This document shows positions 29,101 through 38,100 of a DNA stretch of 64,000 nucleotides, one piece after another. A model generated the notes under the pieces. That model was not told where the DNA came from. It made no database searches and saw only the letters and a program-made list of their open reading frames with translations. Both the position numbers and the translations under genes were made by a program. The stretch is from Phoronis australis (taxonomy: Eukaryota > Animalia > Phoronida): assembly GCA_002633005.1 (NCBI GenBank), contig NMRA01000146.1, positions 555,981-619,980 on the forward strand, written 5' to 3'. The stretch's first letter is position 1. Every line of letters starts with the position of its first letter.

Positions 29101-32100
29101 ATGAGACAGTTCTACAGTGTATACCGTAACTAAGTGTAGAATACTAAATAATTATTCTAGTAGCAGTAACTGACAATAGACATTTTAGGATTGGCTTTAT
29201 TAGACTAGTGAACGGTTTATATACAAGTTACAAATGTGTGGGTTGCTTGCTCTAAACTTCATGGTCATAGGTTATACAAGAAACAAACGTAAACAACTCT
29301 ACGAATGTACCTGTGTATTTGCTGGATACTCTACATTACAAAAAATCACCGTTGCATTCCGCAGAACGAGCACTCGCCGTATTGGCTTTGAGATCTGCAG
29401 ATACTCAGAAATCTTGCCATAACTGCGCGGAATTTTCGGAATAATTCCGAAGATGATGGGAACGGTAATCCTTAACTTCAACGCTTAAAGGATCTTGCCA
29501 CCCAAAAAAACAACATAATTTGTATCAATTTAGATCGAATAGTTCTACTCGCTAACGGCACGTACTGTACGGTTGCGTTACATGACACCTGACGGCAGAC
29601 GGAGGTGTTGAAATTATCCAGTGACGTAATTCGTTTCACACGCAGACTGTTCAGCAGTTCACCAGAAGGGTTACTGGTGTCAGCTTATCGCTTGAATTCA
29701 ACAACAATAAATCATCAAACTTCGATTTAAAACCCTTAAAAATTCACCAAGTTCGTATAAAAACCTGTTGTTTTATTTGGCTGTTACGGATTTATTGGCA
29801 TTTGGACACACTGTATCCAACAAAGTTTGGAAGAAGTAGAAGGAGTTTGGGGTCTGTTCGGAGATAAATTCGGAGTATTTTTGGGTGAGATACAGACAGG
29901 AGAACCTAGATCTGTGTTGTTTAGACTTGTGCTTTTTGAGTTCTGACAACATAAAACGCTTGTTATCCGGGCCAGTGGCTCAGAGCCCGATCAGGCCCGT
30001 CGCGGCCGGACTGAGTCGTTATCCCGGCCAGCGGCTCGGAAACCGATCAGGCCCATCGCGGCCGGACTGAAGACATCACGAACGTAAACCAAGTTGGAAA
30101 CTAAACTTCCAATCAAGAAAATATTGTACTAGTGAGCCAAAGAAGTAATGTGCACGTGATTGTGTTGGTGAATTAGCCACAGAACTGCAAATCAACGTAC
30201 TCGTCGCGCTCCGTGAATTCAGGTACCGCTTTGGCCACAGAACCGTCAGGGCAGAAGTTGTACATTGAAAATCGTTATTTGAATACTGTAAATTTAAATA
30301 AAGATTCCCCTAACACCCGACCGTGTGGTAGAAAATTGAGATGTTTCGCAACAGTTTCTGTCAGAAAACACTGAATTAGCATGCGCTCACACGGCCTCGG
30401 TGTCTCGTCAATTAGTTTTATTGCACCTAAATCCGGTAACGCAGTGATTTATTCAATGCTGGATTCTCAAATCATTTGCACTCACGAGCCCTCCAAAGGC
30501 ATTACAAGTTGCATCTAATGAGACATATTTTGTTTCAGTTTCATATAAGTATTGGTTAGGATAAGAAAAATATAATTTGAAAAAGAACGCTCAGTAATAA
30601 ACGTCAACATGGCAACTCGCAATCCCGACTTAGGCGAGAGCTCATGCGGGCGAAGATTTCAAAGGTGGATCGTTAAGTTTCACAGGCTATCAGTTCGAAC
30701 CGGAATTCAGTGAAATACCATGGAACCGCCGTGAACAAGCTCAGACAACGGAACGTATGGATAGTTATTTGGTAAGTCGGCATTCTTCAGGCATTGTTTA
30801 CCACTGCAGGCCACAGACACGGAGATGTTTCACGGCCTCATACTTGCTATTTACAGCGTACTTTATATTCTTCACTACCGCGAGCCGCTTCCTAGGCGTT
30901 TAGAACTCTCGAGGAAGTAGAAATAAGGGTTTTCCCGCTTTTCTCGCAGCTGCATAGTTCGGACAAGTGGGAACGATGCACCGCAATATAGAGGCATTCA
31001 CTCTGCAAATGAACCACTGACGTCGCTGCGTCGTTTCTCACCTTCCTCACAGGTTAACGCAATACCTCTCGGCAAGGTAAGGTCGACCGTATGTGAGGCG
31101 ATGTGTATGTAAGCCTATTAAGATGGCAAAAAAGACTAATTTAATCGGGTGGCATTCTCCTTTAACTGAAGTTATGATGGAAGCTAAGTAGCAAAGTTTA
31201 ACGGTTAAAACTTTGTGGGGAAAGTGCCTTTAGGGAGCCGCTTTCATGAAAGCCACCTTAGAGAATGTTAACATGGGAGCAATAAAACGGAAAAGCACCT
31301 TCTTCAAAAATACAGTAAAGAATACATTGTGAGCTCTTATGAAAGCCTTGATTGAGACAAGTTGTATAAGGCAATACTACTAAACTATAAACGTGAAAAA
31401 AACTAAATAGAAAAAACGTATACTTCAAACACAGATAAAACAGACTTGTAGAGTCTAATGCATGAAGTATCGAACTACACGAAGACGTTAAACACGAGAT
31501 ATGTGTAAGCAATCGGGTGTATAAACATTTACATTGTAGTACGATTACAAAGAAAAAACGCGACCACGAAATAGCGAACAAATTTTTGTTGTGCATTCAG
31601 TGCTACAGATAAATAGCATAAGGCTTCTTCATGTAGTCAGAGAATTTGTGAAGCGATTGTGTTGTTATTTTTTTGTTGAACGCCTACAGGATATTTACTG
31701 TTGTTGACTAATTTTAAACCAGCTTTAAGTCAGTGTCTTATTTACTTTTGGGTTGGCAAATCAATAATCTTGGGTGTGGTATTGCTGCTAGGTAATCATT
31801 CAAATGAGCAGGGACTGTGACGCAGCGTTGCCTTTTGTCTGAGTAACTATTGTCAAAATGAATGTTTGAAACGTGGAAGTTCTGAAAAATCCAAAGCCGC
31901 TACTTGGTGGCGATCGCAAGTATCAAAATCAGACACTGTTTCCCTCTAAATTCGTTTGAATGTTGATGTTGACTTCCAAACTTGAAACTTCTGATGGTGT
32001 TCCTAGATTTACTACCTTTGATTCACAATTGTTTCATTTATTTCGTGAATTGAATGGACTTGACTCCACGTTAAAATTGCAACAGGAATTACGCAGGCAG

Positions 32101-35100
32101 AAGTCGGATTTTTCGGTAAAAAACGGGCAAGATCGGGGAAATTCGCGCCACCAAGTTATGCGGTCGTATGCACCCTATGCTCGTCAGTCGGTCGTCGATG
32201 GGAGGATTAACTGAGTTAGAGACAGAGTGTACGTAGGTTTACGAGTAAAATTAGAGGAAGTTAAGGCGAATGTGCGCCGTAACAGCCGAACGACGTTATT
32301 ATTTTCATCAACGGAAACTCAAGTCGAATAGGTAACCTCATTGCAGTCTTCGGCGCTAATGTTTTCGTTTTCAATTTTGGCATTTTTGTCAAGTTGCCAA
32401 ATGCGACTCAGCGTTTAGCTTAGCGTCGAGCACTGTTGACATAATACATATGACATTTTATGTCAACCTCATGTGTTGTTTCACTGTAAACTAGCTTCGA
32501 TATCGCTTCGCAGTTTACGCATATAACTGTTGTTTAAGTGTTTCATTATTTCATGTAAGCTATATTGCTTCGTCCTCATTCTCATATTGTTTTGATTTTC
32601 GGCTCAGTTACCCTATTTGGTATGCCACTATTGGTTTATTTGTACCAGGTGAATTATTTGTCTCGTCCCAACACTGCGCCATCGTCCATATGTTCTTTTC
32701 AACTGTGTTTTTCATTCAATTGTTATATATCCCTCCCAGCTCCCTTAATCCATTTTATTTCTACGTATTCTCTTCACATATGAATTGCTCTGTGTATCAT
32801 TGGTGTATTGTTACCCACCTTTATAGTTCAACATATTCTATAACTTCGTATTTATCAATATCTCGACATATTATTGACCTTTTGTATTTCTTAATACCTG
32901 CAAGAGTTCTGTGCAGTTTGTCAGGCAGATCATCACCCACCTTTATAATTAAACATGTTATGTAGCTTTTGTATGTGTTGATATCTGTAGCAGTCTAGTT
33001 TGTCGTAATATAAACCTCTTGTTTCATTCTCGTTAACTGTCTCACTGTAAACTATCTTCGGTATCTCTTCACCTATGAAAACCCTTTGGTAAGTGGCCGG
33101 TTACCGAATAAACGTGCCTAGCGACTGCACTCAACGAGAAGGCAGGTGGTTTCAGCTGTACTTGATGTGGTGATATTCCTTAGGCTTTAGTAGACTGGCG
33201 CCATCTTTAATTTCCTCTCATAAATTAGTGTTGCAATATAAGTCACATTTTTGAATCTCGCTGTCTTTATTGGTGTTGTCTCACTTCTGTTGACAGGTAC
33301 TGTTGTTAACTTTAACATGCTGTCAGCGATTTGACGTTAAATTCATGATGGGACGAGCTGTGCTTTTTGATTAGTCGGCTCTTAAGGTTGAGCTGTTTTG
33401 CGTTGAAGATTTTCTATCATGGCAGACAGTAGTTCCATGGTTGGCCGTGTGAGGGCACCGCAGCCACTTGATCGGTTGTTTGGCAATATATTGTTTTCGT
33501 CGTCAGTGTGATTTGTATGCTTATGCTTCGGTGCTAAACAGAGAACAAGATGAACGAGTATTGGATTTTACTCCAGTGCACACGATGGGTGAAGAAGCTA
33601 TTTAGACATTTAACAATTTCAACGAATTCACAGTTAGCAAGATGTGGTCTTCATTTGAGATATATTGCATTCACAAAAAGAACATCACATACGAAGGACA
33701 CAAATTTTTACCCACTGACAGCCAGGACGGTGAAACCGTCTATTCGTTTTTAAACAACTTGAGGCTAAGGGCAAAAGAGTATGAGTTTGGGATATGAGTT
33801 TAGGTATTTAAAAAAATCTCTCAACAGAGACAGAGTGGTTAGTACAGCGATGCCGCCACTCAGGGAAAGACTTTTGCGGAAAGCGGACCTATCGCTGGAT
33901 GAATGTATAGACGTGTGCAGGCCCGCGGAGACGGCTAAGGCAAGATCTCAAGAAGCAGATATGGGAACCGCTATCTCTGTGAATGCAACAAAGGTGTATA
34001 ACTAGCCTGTTGATAATACACCAGAGCCGCGATATGCCAAGCCTTCACCCCCTGTTACCAAGTCAGCGTTGTCCGCTGCGATACACTTTTCTGGTGAACA
34101 GTTTGTGCGTAATATTTGTAGACTTAGACACGGAAAAGGGTTTTGCCCTGCATTTGGCACGACCTAGATTGTATCCTGCTATAAAGCAGATAAAAAAGTG
34201 CATGGGTCGTACTATTCCATGCACTGGCAAGTGCTTATTGGATGCCAGATTAGACACTGGCTTGCTTAAATGCCCATTCATTGTGGTGAAAGTTAATCGA
34301 CAGCCCATTTTTGGATTGACAGCATGCGAGAAATTTGGTTTTGTTAGGCAAACCGCGACCCCTACAGTAGATACAGTGACGTCTGTCAAGAATTATGACG
34401 ACTTGAAAAATACGTACAGCGACGTGTTTGAAGGTCTTGAATTAATTCCAGGTGAACTTAGTATCGGTATTGATGAACCAGTGAAGCCCGTTGTTCATGC
34501 TTATCGCAAAGTACCATTTATGCTGTAAGACAAGTGGACGGAGCAGCTTTTACGAATGGAATGTATGGGAGTTGTTGAAAAGGTTTACAAACCTAAGGGA
34601 TGGGCGAGTTATTTAGTAATTGTAGAAAAGAAGGATGGTAGTCTGCGTGTACATGTATGTTTAGATCCTAGAGATATAAACAAAGTAATTAAACGGGAGC
34701 ATTTGTCGTTGCCGTCGAGAGAGCAAATTTTGGTAATGCTGCCGTATTGAACAAACTAGATGCTAGTCAAGGATCTAGCAAGCTTGATTACAAACGTGAA
34801 GATCTGCTTTTTAACATTCCATTTGGGCGTTTCCAATTTTTAAGATTACCGTTTGGCATAAGCTGTGTGTCAGAATAAATATTGATTTTTTAATTAGTAA
34901 GAATAGATCCATTTTAAGTTGCCTAAAATTTGTGCATATGTACTTTTAAATCATGGGGTCAGACTTGTTTGACATGTACTTTAACGTCAAAATCTATTTT
35001 TAAATGGTGTTTACAACTTTGGGTTCTGGGGTCAAAGTACTCTAGAGATTTTAGAAAATTCTAAGAACAAACTGTAACAGCCAATGATATGATTGGATAT

Positions 35101-38100
35101 GATCTTGTGGTTTTTAATAACCAATCCATAAATAAGTAAAATATTATAATATGAGCTTAAGTCAACAAGATATTTAGATGCGCTATAATAGTTGAAGCAT
35201 AAATGCTTGCTACAGTGTACAGAGGAAATTGTACGACAGGGTCATTTCGTGGAAGAGTCTAGAAAGGATCTAGGCAAGGGCAAGGGTTAACGAAAAGGAA
35301 GTTAAGTAAGAGTTTGTCACTTGCATCGTGGTTAGTAAGATACTGCCTAAAGTGTTGCGTCATCAGTCAGAGACTGTGACCAGCAAGAAGAATCGCGGGT
35401 AGAAGAAATTGCCTGCAAGTAGTGCATCACCAGAGACTGTGAACAGCAAGTACACTGTCGCTATACAGTGTATGTAGTTCAAAGATTCACCAACAGGACA
35501 GTCATCCAAGAAGTGGAGAGTTCTAGCTTTGATAGCAGATAAGGCATTTGATTATTTTGATTGGTTGATTAAAGTAATCTTTAAAGAGGGGGCTAGCGTA
35601 GTTACTCTTCTTTGTAGTTGATTACTTAATTAAAAATAAGTTTCACTTGTCTAATTAGGGGTTATCATATAATAAATTAATTACTGGATTTGATTACTCA
35701 CTCTCCATCTACGCACAATCTCAAAGCATAGCTACCTTTTACACAAACCCACCGTCAATTGTCTGTGCAAATGAATTGTATCACAAGAACATTGAGCACA
35801 TAGATGGAGTTGATACGTTAATGGGTGATATCGCTATTTGCGGAACAACGCCACAGGAGTATGACGAGAGATTGAAGGTTTTAGATATCGCACGTGAGAA
35901 CAACCTTAAGCTTAATTAAGGAGAAATGTGTTCTTGACGTGAAGGAGCTTACCTTTCTCGGTGATGTAATGTCTGTTGTAAACCAGATCCGAAGGAGAAA
36001 ACAGCGATTAGAAACATGCCACGTGCAGAGAATCAGAAGGACATCCAGCGTTTTCTTGGCATGGTAAACTATCTAGGTTAATTCATTTCCGGACCTGTCC
36101 GCGATTTCTGCTCGACTCAGAGAGCTAGTAGAACAAAAGAACGAGTTTACGTGGGACAAGACACTGAAGGATGCTTTCCAGCATCTCAAAGAGTTATTTT
36201 CAGGGGAAAAACTTCCTATAATTTTATGACCCCGCAAAGCAAATCAAAATTTCTGCTGATGATTCACCAATTCGGACTAGGTGCGGTGTTATTCCAACAG
36301 CACCATTATGTCTGGAAACCGTTCGCGTATGCATCACGGGCATTGAGTGATGCAGAAAAACGGTAAGCGCAAATAAAAAAGGAACTAGTTACTACGGTAT
36401 TTGCGTGCTCAAATGATTGATCGATTGTTTGATGCGAATACAACGTTTATTATTACGGCTGCGGAATTATGACTTTGAGGTCGTGTAGGTCTATACCCCA
36501 GGTATATTGATGTATGCTGCTGATACATTATCTATGGCTGTTGAGCAATCTGTTATACCCACTAATAACTCTCCTGTGGAACAGTATGTTGATTTCGTTA
36601 TGGAAACAGTGGCGTTCTATCAAGACAAATTGCAGACAATCAGAAAAAAAATAGATAGTGACGATGCCTTGAAGAGCCTTTAATCCAATTTACTGAATGG
36701 GTGGGCTGATATTCAGTCAAAGTCCCCAGACGACGTACGTGCCTTCTGGAACTTTCGCAGTGAAATACATGTACCTGCTATTGACGTGATTTTGTTCAAA
36801 GAAAGTCCTGTTATAGTTCCTCGCTCCATGCGAAAATTGATGTTGAGCAATATTCATGAAGATCACGTGTGAGAAGAAAAGTGCAAAAGACGATCGAGCC
36901 AGGGAAGTATTTTTCTGCCCTAATATGAACAGTGATATCAAAGAAATGGTATCTAGTTGCAGTGTGTGCTTGCACTTTAGAGATGCTCAACCCGAGGACT
37001 CTCTGAATCCAAATGCGATAGAGACTACACCTTTTAGCAAGGTAGGCGTTGACATTTGTTAATACGCTGGTACATCGTATTTAGTGACGCTTGATTTCTA
37101 GTCATTATACCCTGAAGTTGCATCTCTGACTCAAGCTTCTAGCCGTGCTGTGAATGGTGCGTTAAAGTCGTGTGCACGGGTGAAAGATTATGTCAGTCAT
37201 AAGTGGCCTAAAAGCAGTATAATTCGTGATAAAGATAGCAATAGGACGTTAAGCATACAGCTTGCTGAGGGTAGTTGTATACGGTGTAATAGACAACACT
37301 AGTTAAGAATGAGGTAAATCAGGACATTTGATACTGTAGACCTGAGTTGTGTACTGACAATGAGGTGCCAGACAGTGGTTCTGCGAATACATTTTTACCC
37401 GTAGAAAAACACTTTGAGCCAAGTCTCCCTGGACGAATCAGACGTAGGCCAAGTAAGCCTTTTGAGGATATTTGTAATCGAATTGGCAACCATACTGATA
37501 ATTAATAACATTCAAATTCATTGTATTTTATTTATTTTTGACGGAAGGAAGATGTGATGATATTCCTTGGGCTGAAGAGTGGCGCCACCTTTTATTTTCT
37601 CTCATACGTGTAGCTTAGTGATGCAATATAAGTCACGTTTTTGGAACCTCGCCGTCTTTATTCATTTTTTCTCAATTCTATTGACGGGAAGTATTGCATA
37701 CTGTTACACTTGTGGAAGTAAATTCCGCGCAGCGATTTTGAGATCGCAGGATAAAAGGTACGGTGGTCCAAAGATGACATCGGGCGTTTCTTATCGAGAT
37801 CCCGAGATAATTTTCCTTATTGCGTCGATGTATGGTGTATGTATATACAACTTGATAACGACGTCAAAGGAAGTGCCGACCCAAAGGAAAACATTTTCAC
37901 CCGGATTGCTAACGTTGCATATTATTTGCGAAGTGAACGTCGTGATCAGTCGTGGAATTCAAGTGACAACATTTTGTTCTGTTGTTGATAACGTGTTGGG
38001 TGGCTAAACGAGCTAATCATTTCAGTCTACAATGAAGATTGCTGGAAGAAGTGGGTGGTTTAGTAGGAAATTTGTTTAAGTCGTGTTTGCGTTTAACTTG

